From Squalus acanthias (Eukaryota): a stretch of DNA of 64,000 nucleotides. The stretch lies in contig CM059431.1 of NCBI GenBank assembly GCA_030390025.1, positions 102,612,001-102,676,000 on the forward strand, given 5' to 3'. The notes beneath the pieces are model-generated. The model ran no database searches, was not told where the DNA came from, and saw only the letters and a program-made list of their open reading frames with translations. Shown piece after piece: positions 38,296 to 51,019 of this stretch. Numbering within the stretch: the first letter of the stretch is position 1; each line of letters starts with the position of its first letter. A program made the translations under genes and the position numbers.

Positions 38296-38539
38296 CCCCG
38301 AAGGAGAAGGTCGGGCACAACTATGCGGCAGGATGCCGAGCCCGCCTGCACACACTCTCCCTGGATAAGAAAAGGTGCTGCCCATCGGGGCAGGGACAGA
38401 GTCACAGCCAAGGCGAGTAGAAACACTGGAGGAGACATCGTGCTGGGTTTCTTCGCACCCTTAATCCTCCCTTTGTTCCTCACCCCACACACAATCTGCA
38501 GGACAAACCGCTGCTGCCATCACCAGCTGCTTCTTTCTC

Positions 38540-40545
38540 TTATGAGGAAAGGTTGGGCCTATACTCATTGGAGTTTAGAAGAATGAGAGAGGATCTTATT
38601 GAAACATATAAGATTCTGAAGGGGCTGGACAGGGTAGCTGCAGAGAGGATGTTTCCCCTCGTGGGGGGGAATCTAGAACTAGGGGGCATAGTTTCAGAAT
38701 AAGGGGTCGCCCTTTTAAATCGGAAATGAGGAGGAATTTCTTCTCTCAGAGGGTCGTGAATGTTTGGAAATCTCTTTACCAGAGAGCTGTGGAGGCTGGG
38801 TCATTGAATATATTTAAGGTGTAAGACAAATTTTTGAATGGTAAGGGAGTGAAGGGTTATGGGGAGCGGGCAGGGAAGTGGAGTTGAGGCCAAGATCAGA
38901 TCAGACATGATCTTATTGAATGGCGGAGCAGGCTCGAGGGGCCAAATGACCTACTCCTGCTCCCACGTCTTATGTTCTCTGCTCTCCCTTCACACTACAA
39001 TGAACCGTTGGACCGCTCCTTAATTTCAGGTGCCAAGATCATGGAGAATCACGGCTGGGATGGGCCAGTAAAGTCAGTAACAAAGATGGGTTGTGAGATG
39101 GGTCTATTTTTCTGAAGGATCTTATTAGGTCCTGAACACCATAAATCTTTCACCAGCTGTTTTTTTTTGTTGACGCAGCCAGTTGTTGTGATCTGGAATG
39201 CGCTGCCTGAAAGGGCGGTGGAAGCAGATCCAACAATAACTTTCAAAAGGGAATTGGATAAAGACTTGAAAGGGAAAGATGTGCAGAGCTACGGGGAAAG
39301 GAGCAGGGGGGAGTGGGACTAATTGGGAGAGCTCTTTCAAAGAGCCGGCACAGGCACGATGGGCCGAACGACCTCCTCCTGTGTTGTATCATTCGATGAT
39401 TCTATAACACCCTGTGTGCCCGACTCAGCGAAACTGAGTCTCTGGAGGGACCAGGCCCAGTTAAAAAAGATCCAACCACTGGAAGGTTTCAATTGCAGCA
39501 GAATCCAGTTATAGTGATCGAGTGACCACTCTAAATCAACTGATCATTGCGGCTCATTTCCCATGTGTAACGTTGCTCAGTGCCGATGGACAGGTTCAAC
39601 AGCTGATTAATCAGCTGCTCACCTTCTCCTCTCAGCCTCTCCTGTTAACATCAAGCGCTTGAAGCATCTGCTGTTACTATCTGGTTAAAATGCAAAAACC
39701 TGTTAAAATTCCTGATTTAATCATCCCACTAATGGCTTATTTTCCCAGAATTACGTGAAATTTTGGGTGTAATTTCCTGGGGCTGTGCTCACTGGCGTTG
39801 AGTTTAGTAGCAGAGACAGGGCTCCAACATGGAAGCCCCAGTTTGTAAATGTGCGCTTGCCCCGAGCGAGGCTCCAGGATGGGAGCACAGTCTCACAACA
39901 TTAGAATCATAGAAATTTACAGCACAGAAGGAGGCCATTCAGCCCATCGTGTCCGCGCCTACCGACAAAGAGCTATCCAGCCTAATCCCACTTTCCAGCT
40001 CTTGGTCCGTAGCCCTGTAGGTTACGGCGCTTCAAGTGCACAGCCAAGTACTTTTTAAATGTAATGAGGGTTTCTGCCTCTACCACCCTTTCAGGCAGTG
40101 AGTTCCAGACCCCCACCCCACTCTGGGTGAAGAAAGTTCTCAACTCCCCTCTACCAATTACTTTAAATCTATGCCCCCTGGCTATTGACCTCTCTGCTAA
40201 GGGAAATAGGTGCTTCCTATCCACTCTATCTGGGCCTCTCAATTAAGTCTCCCCTTAGTCTCCTCTGTTCCAAAGAAAACAACCCCAGCCTCTCCAATCT
40301 TTCCTCATAGCTAAAATTCTCCAGTCCTGGCAACATCCTCGTAAATCTCCTCTGTACTCTCTCCAGTGCAATCACATCTGTAATGTGGTGACCAGAACTG
40401 CACGCAGTACTCTAGCTGTTGCCTAACTCGTGTTTTATACAGTTCTAGCATAACCTCCCTGCTCTTATATTCTATATATATTCTTATATTCTATGCCTCG
40501 GCTAATAGAAGGAAAGTATCCCGTATGCCTTCTTAACCACCTTAA
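38540..40545. mobile_element. Cluster of CR1 3' fragments (38540-38980 +, 39170-39405 +, 39903-40545 -)
   Basis: Typical CR1 ORF2 C-terminal motifs and tails. Confidence 0.8.
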
Positions 40546-41069
40546 TTGCCACCCCCCGTGTCCGGTCAATGTTTAAGCAGGGCTATGCTCAGAGTCAGAG
40601 TTTTGATATTTTGCTATAATTTACAGATAGTGGGGGGGATCCGCTGGTCTGCGCTGTTCAGCTCTTCAATAATGCTGTCCACCTGCACTTTGTAAACTGA
40701 CCAGCGTCTGGGTTTGACCTTCAGAAATCACACTTTTTGTTATCTGCTCTGTAAAATGATCAGAATGCCCGACTTGTACTGTGCTTGCAAGATCACGTTA
40801 CAGAAACTTACAGCACAGGAGTCCATGCAAGAGGAATCAGTGGAATTTACTTGGCTGTTTCTCATTGCAGTCGATACTGTAGAAACATCACAAGTAGCTT
40901 TCATTTAAACATTACTTACCCATAACTCTTTCTATTGTTTCATGTTCGATCTTTGATTTAGAAATTACGTTATTTAGCTCACTACAAAACAAAAAGCCAG
41001 ATATTTTATTCGGGAGCTTGGTGATACTGAGACACTCAACTAAAGTAAATGCAGTAACATTTACAAACA

Positions 41070-41200
41070 GTGGGAAAATGTCACATGATCAAATGTCATG
41101 TGATTAAGCATCGCAGGAGTGGTGTCACGTGATCGAATGCCATGTGGTCAAAATGTCACGTGATCAAATCTCCAGGAATACGTCAAACCAGAGTTGGCGC
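41070..41200 (+). mobile_element. hAT right-end remnant with tandem E-box-like repeats
   Basis: ccaggaatacgtc...agagttggc matches 33912-33940. About 5 copies of tgtcacrtgat. Confidence 0.6.
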
Positions 41201-41489
41201 TCCAGCACATTCTGAGCCAATGCCTGCGTCACTGGATAATACCAGGGGACAACACTAGGGGTCAGAGATGTAGCTATTTTAAAAAGCTGCAGTAATAGTG
41301 CTTGAAACAAATTGCTGATACTTTCACGCACCATGGGGATTCTCTTGTTAAAACGTGCTCTCTCCCTCCTCTCCATGTCAATCCTGTGCAACAAATGCAA
41401 GCACCTTAGAAGCAATAGGGCTGCACATGGTACAAAAGAGTAATTCCTTTCTGCAGTAAAATTAATTGAATTATAACTAGCTATAAGAA

Positions 41490-44065
41490 AGACTTGTATT
41501 TATATAGTGCCTTTCATGACCACCGGACATCTCAAAGCGCTTTACAGTCAATGAAGTACTTTTTGAAGTGGAGTCACTGTTGTAATGTGGGACACGCAGT
41601 AGCCAATTTGCGCACAGCAAGCTCCCACAAACAGCAAGCTCCCACAAACAGCAATGTGATAATGACCAGATAATCTGTTTTAGTGATGTTGATTGAGGGA
41701 TAAATATTGGCCCTAGGACACCAGGAGAACTCCCCTGCTCTTCTTTGAAATAGGATGGGATCTTTTACATCCACTTGAGTGAGCAGACAGGGCCTCGGTT
41801 TAATGTCTCATCCGAAAGACGGCACCTCCAACAGTGCAGCACTCCCTCAGCACTGCAGTGTCAGCCTAGCTTTAGGTGCTCAAGTCCCGGGAGTGAAACA
41901 AGGTTTTCCAGCAGTCACACCACAATTGCAATAATTTTTGGACATTTTAGACTACATTTAGCTTTTTACAACCTGATGGTTTTGGTTAAGAACAAGCAGG
42001 AGCTGGAAATCCATCAAGTTTGTAATCCTGAATTATAAAAATAGTTAGCTGGAAAATTAAATAACAGGGTGGAATGACAGTAAAGCATTTCATTATATAA
42101 ACATTATAGTGTGACTAGATCCTATAATTACCAACCTGCTTTAAGATGGCAACTGCGTTTGCTACATTACAACAGTGACTACACTTCAACAGTACTTCAT
42201 TGGCTGTAAAGCGCTTTGGGACATCCTACGGTCATGAAAGGCGCTGTATAAATGCAAGTCTTTCTTTCTTTCATTCACTAATGCTCAGATTACTGCCATA
42301 GAGACATGGGTGCTAGATTTGAGAATCAGCTCTTCTGGCTTCCAAGGGATTCAAGCTGGGTTGCAGGCAATCGCACTGGACTTCAGTGCTCTCATTATAT
42401 TACTATTAGTTTTGCTTTCCTACAGTTTAGGGGCTGCAATTCTGGACTCTTGTGCTTCCCTGATTTTCATCGCATAATCATCGACGGCCGTGCCTTCAGC
42501 TGCCTAGGTCCCGAGCTCTGAAATTCCGTCCCTAAACCTCTCCCCCTGCCTCTCTCTCTCTCTCTCCTCTTTAAAGACGCTGCTTAAAACCTACCTCTTT
42601 GACCAAGCTTTTGGTCACCTGTCATGATATCTCGTGTGTCAAGTTTTGTTTGATCATTGCACCCGTGAAGCACCTTGGGACGTTTTACTACGTTAAAGAC
42701 ACTATATAAATGCAAATTGTTGTTGCAGAATGGGCAGAAATGGTGGCATTCCCTCTCAGGATGGCAGCACATGGGCCTCCAGCTCTGTCCCCTCCAGTGC
42801 TTGCACTGGTGACTGAAAGGATGCAGGGCCAGGCTGCCAATGCTCATACTATGCGAGTCGGGTGTTAACTGCTGCCCTCTAGTGTCTAATTTTGCAATTG
42901 GTACCACTTCACATTATTGGCATTTATACCCTTACAAACCAATAGATGACACCACCATAATTCTCTGATAATTTCCCAATAGCCATGTTGATGGCATGGA
43001 AGCTCTCTATTAGCAATGTGAGAAAGCAACCAAAATACAGGTGTACAAATATCTGCATTACTGACAATAGTTTAATTTACATAGTATTAACTTAAAGCAT
43101 AGAAACAGGCCATTCGGCCAAACTGGTCCGTGCCAGTGTTTATGCTTCACACGAGTCTCCTTTCACCCCTCTACATCTCATCCTATCAACATATCCTTCC
43201 ATTCCTTTCTCCCTCACACTTATCCAGCTTCCCCTTAAATGCATCACTGCTATTCGCCTCAACCATTCCAAGCTCCACATTCTAACCACTCTCTGGGTAA
43301 AGAAATTATAAATATTGGCCAGGACACCGGGAGAACTCCCTTGCTCTTCGCACTTTAGGAAGGATGTGAAGGCCTTAGAGAGGGTGCAGAAGAGATTTAC
43401 AAGAATGGTTCCAGGGATGAGGGACTTCAGTTATGTGGATAGACTGGAGAAGCTGGGGTTGTTCTCCTTAGAGCAGAGAAGGTTAAGAGGAGATTTGATA
43501 TAGGTGTTCAAAATCATGAGGGGTCTAGACAGAGAGAAACTGTTCCCATTGGCGGAAGGGTCAAGAACCAGAGGACACAGATTTAAGGTGATTGGCAGAA
43601 CCACCAAAGGCAACATGAAGAAAAACATTTTTATGCAGCGAGTGGTTATGATCTGGAATGCACTGCCTGAAAGGGTGGAGAAGATTCAATCGTGGCTTTC
43701 AAAAGGGAATTGGATAAGTACCTGAAGGAAAAAAATTTGCAGGGCTATGGGGAAAGGGTGGGGGAGTGGGACTAGCTGAAGTGCTCTTGCAGAGAGCCGG
43801 CACGGGCTTGACGGGCCAAATGGCCTCCTTCTGTGCTGTAACCATTTTATGATTCTGGTGCCTGTGGGATCTTTTACGTGCACCCGAGAGGGCAGACGGG
43901 GCCCTCGGGTTTAACGGCTCATCCGAAAGACGGCACCTCCGACAGTGCAGCGCTCCCTCAGCACCGCACAGGGAGTGTCAGCCTAGAGTTTTGTGCTCAA
44001 GTCTCTGGAGTGGGGCCTTGAACCCATGACCTTCTGACTCAGAGGCGAGAGTGCTACCCACCGAC
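41490..44065. mobile_element. SINE/L2/CR1 cluster (SINE - 41490-41895, SINE tail + 42145-42270, L2 + 42435-42725, CR1 - 43098-43305, CR1 + 43350-43855 nested in SINE -)
   Basis: Matches to the other copies in this window. Confidence 0.78.
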
Positions 44066-44515
44066 ACGTCTAGAGATTAGTGATCCTTTGAGAATGGTGC
44101 ACGTCACCTAGAAATCTTTGACTCACTTGCTGCTTTTGGTGCCAATGGATAGAAAGTGTCTTTGGTTGGTGTGCGGTTGACAGCTGGATTATCAAGGAAC
44201 TAATGTGCTTGTAGAAAGCTGCTACACCAGGTCCTGAAGTGCTTACTCCCTGTCCTTGGGGCGGTTGTAATCATGATCTGCCTTCCTTACAATTCTTGAT
44301 GTTCGTATTTTTTCTTAGCTCTTTTTGCAGAGAAGAAAAATTAATTCCTTGAAGACTTGAGATTTTAGCATGGACTCTGAAGCTTGTAGCTGACAAAATT
44401 ATCGCTTGAAATCCAGTTTCTTAAATCAGTCTGACTGAGCACACCTATTAATCAAAGTGGGTGTTGCCAAGCAATCAGCCGTTTGAAATTCAAAAGAACC
44501 CGTGACAGACATAAT

Positions 44516-44783
44516 GGGCTGGATTTTGATACTGGGGCGGGTTGGGGTCGTGTCATCCGCATTTCGTGTTATCCACCCGACTGCAATTGGATGTGGGAGA
44601 TTGATGCAATTTTCACCTAATTGGGCAATTGAGTTCCAGCATGTGGGAACCCATGAACCAATTAGTGGTTTCAGTCTGAAAGTCGCCTCTGATGATGTCA
44701 TCATTGCTGCTGCATTGCAGGTCAGAGACTGCCTGGCCTTTGCTGTGAGAGGACCTGGATGCAATATGAGCAGCAACTCTAAG

Positions 44784-44815
<32 letters not shown>

Positions 44816-45270
44816 TGCATCCAGGTCCTTTCACAGCAAAGGCCAGGCAGTCTCTGAAGACCTTCAATGCAGCAGCATCAGAGGCGACTTTCAGACCTAA
44901 TACTACTACTACCTTCATCACATCTCCGTTGTAATAGTGGATCTGTAGCTGATAGTCAGCTATCCAAATGTGCTCCCGCCAGGTTTCACAATCGTGGTTC
45001 AGAACAGGTGTGCTTCACATAGATCAAGGGATTAAAATCACAAAGGCCTTTCAAAATGGCATTATAGAGCAAATTTAGTGCTTGTTAAGGGCCTTAACAG
45101 CCTATCCCGCCTCTTAAAGGCGGGACGCAGTCGGGACCAGCAGACATGATTTAATGAAAATTGCGTGGAGGCAGGATGGAGGCGGACTTGTGCCCGCCCG
45201 CCAGTTTTCGCAATTTTAACCCCCCACATGCCTCCAAACCCGCCTCCACGGGTCAATGAAAATCCAGCCC
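44516..45270. mobile_element. MITE with gggctggatttt TIRs, AAT flanks and an internal long hairpin
   Basis: aat|gggctggatttt ... aaaatccagccc|aat. Internal inverted arms about 44674-44764 and 44815-44897 around (GA)n. Confidence 0.75.
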
Positions 45271-45389
45271 AATGTTTTTAAAACCCAGCCCAAGCAAGGG
45301 GCAAACAATAAAATACGACTTAAGTAAAAGTAAGAGAGGACAGCAGGTGCAGGTAATGGTTCTGCTGTTGCCATTTACAGCTCTCTAGA

Positions 45390-45665
45390 CCCATCTTTTG
45401 TTTCTTTACTTGACCCATTACCACGCTTTGCACCATTATCATTTAATCTCTCCTGCCTTCCACCCTATCAGAGACCTTCCCCTTTGTTCTTTCCTCCCCT
45501 CCCCCCCCTTTCCCCATCTCTGTACTTGCTTAAAAACTGTTAAACCTCTAACTTCTCCCAGTTCTGACGAAGGGTCATCGACCTGAAACGTTAACTCTGT
45601 TTCTCTTTCTCCACACATGCTGCTTGACCTGCTGAGTATTTCCAGCACTTTTTGTTCTTATTTGA
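45390..45665 (+). mobile_element. Penelope pLTR fragment with hammerhead motif at 45560-45596
   Basis: agtt-CUGACGA-ag-ggtc(atc)gacc-t-GAAA-cgtt-aact. Confidence 0.8.
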
Positions 45666-46816
45666 AAACAAGAGGTTTAGCTAACCAGCTTAAAAAAGTC
45701 TTTGGGTTTCTCAGGTCAAACTATTATACAGTTTAGTACGTGAAGCATTCTATGATATACGCAAGAATCGACATTTGTGTATGAATGGATTACCAACATC
45801 GCTGAAATAATACAACAATTTTTTTTCCCAAATATTTCTTTATTTTCCCCTCAATGGTCATAAAACAAATAGTTGTATTTTAGGAAACAAAAAACAGTGA
45901 ATCATTCAACATATAACATAACTGAAGCATAGACAATATAATCTGGCAGTATTACAGGAAAAAAAAATCAGTCAGTACTGTATACCTGGGAAGTGGAGAA
46001 GCTGTGTACAGACAATTTCATTGCAAAGTGACATATTACTAAACCTATGGCACGAGAATCACTAACTGTGCTCCATCTGTGAGTGTGTCCGCGCGCGCAC
46101 GTCTGCGTGTGTGGAGCTATTACATTCTTCAACTGCTAAGATGCACCAAATATCACGGCTGGAAAACTTATTTGGCTGCCGTCACGAGTAGATTTCAAAC
46201 CGGTTTTGTGAAATATTGATCTGAACTCTTTCCAGGCTTCTGTTTGCCAAAACAGCCCGAGTAACGATTTCTAACCCAACTCTAATGGATCGTTTCCTGA
46301 CCGGAGAAATTAATATCAGAAATCACACAAAAGTGACTACAAACTTCCATGACTCTTTAGCGTGGTGTCTGGCAAAGTAATTCCTATTACAATCTATTAA
46401 AATTGTAAATAAGGTATAGTGAAAGGGAACACAGATGGCTTTCAGTTTGGTTAAAAGTGTTCTGTTCTAGGGTGGGGAATGCTGCTTGACTGTCAGGCCT
46501 TTATGATATGTTTGAATATTTTATCTGTCAGTGTTACTCAAAGCTACAAGCATGAGAGATTAAGTATAGTTAGTACACCCAAATAGAGGCTTCAAAGTTC
46601 AATTCTAAACAAAAATTGCGGCGTACAATTGTCATATATATTTTTCAAAAATACTGTTTAAGTGTTAACTGCTAAGAACTCCAACAGGAAATATATTATA
46701 TTTCAGTAAACAGTTACAATTCACGCACAACTGCCTCTCTCATGACAACGCTTTGAACGGAGGATTTCGTTTTCATTTAAAAATCTCTGTTGCTCGTTTT
46801 ACAATATAAAGACAGC

Positions 46817-46822
46817 TTTATT
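46817..46822 (-). terminator. Probable MBNL2 polyadenylation signal AATAAA
   Basis: Minus strand tgtacatagtaaatatgtAATAAAgctgtctttatattgt, with UGUA motifs upstream and a U/GU-rich tract downstream. Confidence 0.6.
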
Positions 46823-47467
46823 ACATATTTACTATGTACATAAGTGCAACAAGATATGTTATACATATTTGTACATCGCCAGGATCAAATATTTCAGCTG
46901 CAGGTCAACTCAGACAGTTATAACACTTCAGAAACAACAAACCCTTTTCGAGAACACAAAAAACCAACATGTTCTCCTTGGGTGCATATTTTGAAAATAT
47001 TCAAACAGTATCAATATTTTACCATCTGACAGTACACAGATGACTAAAAGCTAATATCTGCAGGTCAAATGGTCCAAGTTGTCAGTTGGAAAAAAAAACT
47101 GATGTAAAAAAGAGAAAAGTTCATCTATTCTTAGTTAAAAAGAAAATACACAGATCTATAATGGTACACATGTATCATGCCACGACTGTGACATAAAATC
47201 ATTTCATGTTAAAGTTCAACTTGTACATGTAAAATTCTAATTAGGCAGTAAAGTTTGTTACAAGGTGGAGTTTGTTATGAGGCCTTAAACTAAGTGCGCT
47301 GGATAAGTGCTGTGGCCACAAAGTGAGGCATTTTTAACTGCAGTGCAACAAGCTTTAAGCTAAGTACACTATTTCATAACAGAAATTATTGCAATTACAT
47401 CATAAATTTGAGAAAACTACTGTCCCCACTACACAAGAGAAAAACCATAATTTTGATGGATAATGAG

Positions 47468-47616
47468 TAGTGTTCCCTTTAATTTTTTTTATTGGGTGCG
47501 CGGCCCCTTTAACGGACTGCGCGGCCCATTCAAATTTTCGTGCATGCGCGGTTTTCCCATTCAAAAGCCGGTGACCGGCCTGCGCGGGACCTCCAGACGG
47601 TCGCGCGGGAACATTG
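47468..47616. mobile_element. 149-bp hAT-type MITE inside MBNL2 3'UTR
   Basis: 8-bp TSD ataatgag (47460-47467, 47617-47624). TIRs tagtgttccc / gggaacattg. CpG-rich interior. Confidence 0.85.
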
Positions 47617-49811
47617 ATAATGAGTATACTCGGAATCCAGAAAGCTAGCGTTAAAAAGAAACGCACACCCGAGGAATCTACTACGACATAATAGCTGTTG
47701 AACTAATCACAACGAGTAACTTGCATTAGACATTTGAAAGTCTAATTATGATACAATTTCCTATATGTTAATGGTGTATTTTATCATTGTAGAACCATAG
47801 GTTCAGTTGACTTGTAATCGATTGAGCTCCACGTGTGTAGTATAAGAGTAGGATTTAAAAAAAAAAATGCTACTACTTCTAATCCTCAATAAAAGGTTTA
47901 ACAAAGAAGAAAAAAATCAGTATTACACATTATCTTTAGGATCAATTCTACTATAAAACCATAAACATTTCATATCATAAAACCAATCTTATAAAAGATA
48001 AACCTATTATGAAAATGGGATATACTTTCAACACAATAAAGATCCTGATTAAACTATTGACTAATTTCTAATCATTACATTGGAGGGATTTAGCTAAGAT
48101 CTTCTAAGGCTTTAAACAAGCTTTCTTTAAGTATAAACTATAATTAAAAAGAAAACTGACAAGTTATAGGTTTTTTTTGTGTCCACCGTATTTTGATTTT
48201 ATTGTGGTTATTGATTGCTCTACTGGCACCAATGTCAACATGATGATAGAATTCAAGGTTATACTATAGTACCGACCAGTCTTGGTGTATTTTGTGTTTA
48301 ATTTTTTTTGTGAAGATATTACAATTTAATTTAGTTGAACAATGTTCTATTATATTCAACGCCTCTTCTGAACCTTCTATTAGAGTCACTATTAGATTGT
48401 GTGACTTGCGAAATGAAGACAATAAATTTGGTAAGATTTAAAGACTTATGATTTAATTTGGTTTAAAAGAAAGAAAAAAAAAATCACCGGTCCCCATCTT
48501 TGCACTGTTGCTAGTAAAACGTCATTAGTGTAATTAGGGTGCAGTTTTATTTGGGAAGAGCCTTTTGTTAGAAAAAGAATCATTTTTTAAAAAAGTTAAT
48601 TCTTCTCTCGTCATATACTCCAACTAGGATTTTTGTCAAATTGTGCCAGCTAATTCAATCTATTTTGCTAACATGTGAAAACACACAAAATACAATTTTG
48701 GTACAACATACACTTTGCACGTACTTGTGAATAATTGTCCCACCCTCCCCCATTTTTTTTTTTTTAGGCACTGTTACATATATCATGTACTAGATTATAA
48801 ATGGTCTTATAATATGGTGCATCTTTCAGAGTTGGAAGAATCTTTGGTAACACAGTAAATAAGACGGGCAAACTGAATTGTAGCTGCAGTAAAACTGACC
48901 GACTCTGTCTCAACAAGTAATCCTGCAGCCAGCCACATTCTCTGCAGCTCCACAGTGCTAACCCTCCTGACAATTATAGGGATTGGCGCCGAGAACTTGA
49001 CTTAAGATTTAGACGCGATTCATCAAACTTTGAAATAAGTTGCCTCAGCAAACTAAACCCACCCTCTAACGTCCGATGCCAATGAATGGATAGAGTTATC
49101 CAAAACTGACTGCACTGTACTGGGAAGAAAGACTTCCTTTCATGATTTGCTCACAGTGGCTGAAGAAGGCATCAAGAGCATCAACAAACTAAATACAAGA
49201 ATCTTTGATAAGACAAATTATTTCCGTGCAATATTTCAAATTAATATGAACCTCGTCTCCTGGAGTAACTTTATACCCATCATGGCCACTTAAAATGTTG
49301 TTGTAGTTTTCTTAAAAGTCACTGCTCATGGTTTTTTGTTTTTTAAAAAACCTGATGATCAATATTGATTAAATGCTATTTTTCCCCACAGTGATTAATT
49401 AGGCTACTACTAAAGGTTTAAAAACCCATTTTATGTTACATTGTAACCCTCAAAGCGGATTTTGTTGGTTGTGGAGTACTGTTGTGTCCATAAATGTCTG
49501 TAGGGATTCTTCCAACCCTGCAGGTGCTGTTTTTGTACACAATGATCTCAGACAACAGATTATTAACAATATAACCACATCACACTCTTTACAGAATGCA
49601 ATGGCGAAACATCTCCACAAAATATGAGACACCAGAAAGTAGATTACCATTTCTTTGATTGTAACATTTGTCTTAGTGCTAGGGTTATTTACAGGATATA
49701 TGAATATTAAATACATGTCTGAAATCATCTATATCCTTAAATTTTTATAATGCATTTCCCATCAAGATTTTGTATTCTTGCTTAATCTAAATAGAATTCG
49801 TCTTAATTTGG

Positions 49812-49951
49812 TTAGCATGCTGGCTGTGGTAAGCCTAATATAGATGCAGGTGGGGAGGGAAAAGGATAGTATTTACAGTAAGCCTGTTCGTGAGTTTCCA
49901 TAGAGATGTCCTGGGAATTCATTTGCTCCTGGTTTACTATTTCAGTATGAT
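49812..49951 (-). CDS. MBNL2: MBNL2 terminal exon, alternative phase-1 frame (D)HTEIVNQEQMNSQDISMETHEQAYCKYYPFPSPPASILGLPQPAC*
   Basis: Same acceptor, open for 46 codons to TAA at 49812-49814. Resembles the recalled human MBNL2 alternative tail DNSEIISRNGMECQESALRITKHCYCTYYPVSSSIELPQTAC (EI, M, YC.YYP and LPQ.AC* shared). Confidence 0.82.
49937..49951 (-). CDS. MBNL2: Muscleblind-like 2, coding part of terminal exon, phase-0 frame (IILK*)
   Basis: Minus strand reads tttttttttatgtctctaacAG|ATC ATA CTG AAA TAG. IILK* is the recalled MBNL2 C-terminus (...NQIILK). Strong acceptor, followed by a long AT-rich UTR. Confidence 0.88.
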   Translation of the reverse strand: MILK

Positions 49952-51019
49952 CTGTTAGAGACATAAAAAAAAAATAATTTAGCGAGCTTTAACACAACGC
50001 AGCTATGCAAATATTTGCAATGACATACAACCCCCTCAAAAAAAACCAGCAATAAATTGTTCTGATCGCTTCAAACAAAACATGCAGGTTGCTATGGAGA
50101 CTGCACATGCAAGTATTGCATGAAAATGTCTTCCGATCACTACCCTCATCGGGAAATTTAGAAACTACTACCCAATATTCATTCTGTACAGAATAGTAAT
50201 TCTCTAAATCTCAAACGGGAGGATTGCAAAAAACACATTCAAATGCTCCACTGGGGACTGATCTAAAAATGAAGACATGTTCTGTTAGATCTTACTATGG
50301 ACTACTCTAGTAATGCAGATTTAGTACAGTACCAAGAAAACAAGGAACATTTCACCTCTTAATACTGTTTCAGCTAACTCCGGTTCAAACCTCCGTTACA
50401 TCGGACACAGAAAAAATTACCGCACTCGATTTTCGTTGACATGCATGGAAGCCCACCAAGATGATTACGAGTCTTAAACAAACTAATAGAAATCCACAAA
50501 GGCAGAGATTCGGTTTGCCCGATTAGTGCACACTATCTTCCCCCTTAGGGACATAGCCCACTTACCTAAGCTTGGAGAACGCAGCTGCAAATTGGGAGTG
50601 GCCAAGAATCAAGGAGCCTCAAGTGCGCACTGAGGTACCACGCTGGAACTTAACCATCGAATAATCATGCAGCTTAGCAATGGGATTGGTTAAACCCCCC
50701 CACGGCTTGTTCAACTCGGACCACTCCATCTGTTAGGGCACTGGTTTGTACAGTTATCTGGATCGGAGTGTCAAGAATCCCATTATTGCAGAGACTGGTC
50801 TACCCCTGTAGGTTCTATTAATGAGCCAGACTGGCTGGTCAATAATTAATAGTGTACCTTGGTGGGGTGGGGTGGGGGAACTTGCCCAGCTCAAATATTG
50901 GATTGCCGAGTAACATGCGCGCTTACCTCCTTCCAGGTAGATGGTCATCAAACAACTGGAAAACTCAGGTGTGAACCCTGGTTATGGTGGGCAGCATGTA
51001 CCGAGAACTCATCATAAAA

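Larger units (their letters stand above)
46795..49811 (-). other. MBNL2: MBNL2 3'UTR (approx.)
   Basis: AT-rich, nearly TE-free stretch from the stop codons to AATAAA at 46817-46822. Pumilio motif UGUACAUA at 46833-46840. UUGCACU seed-match sites near 46843 and 47342. Confidence 0.7.
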
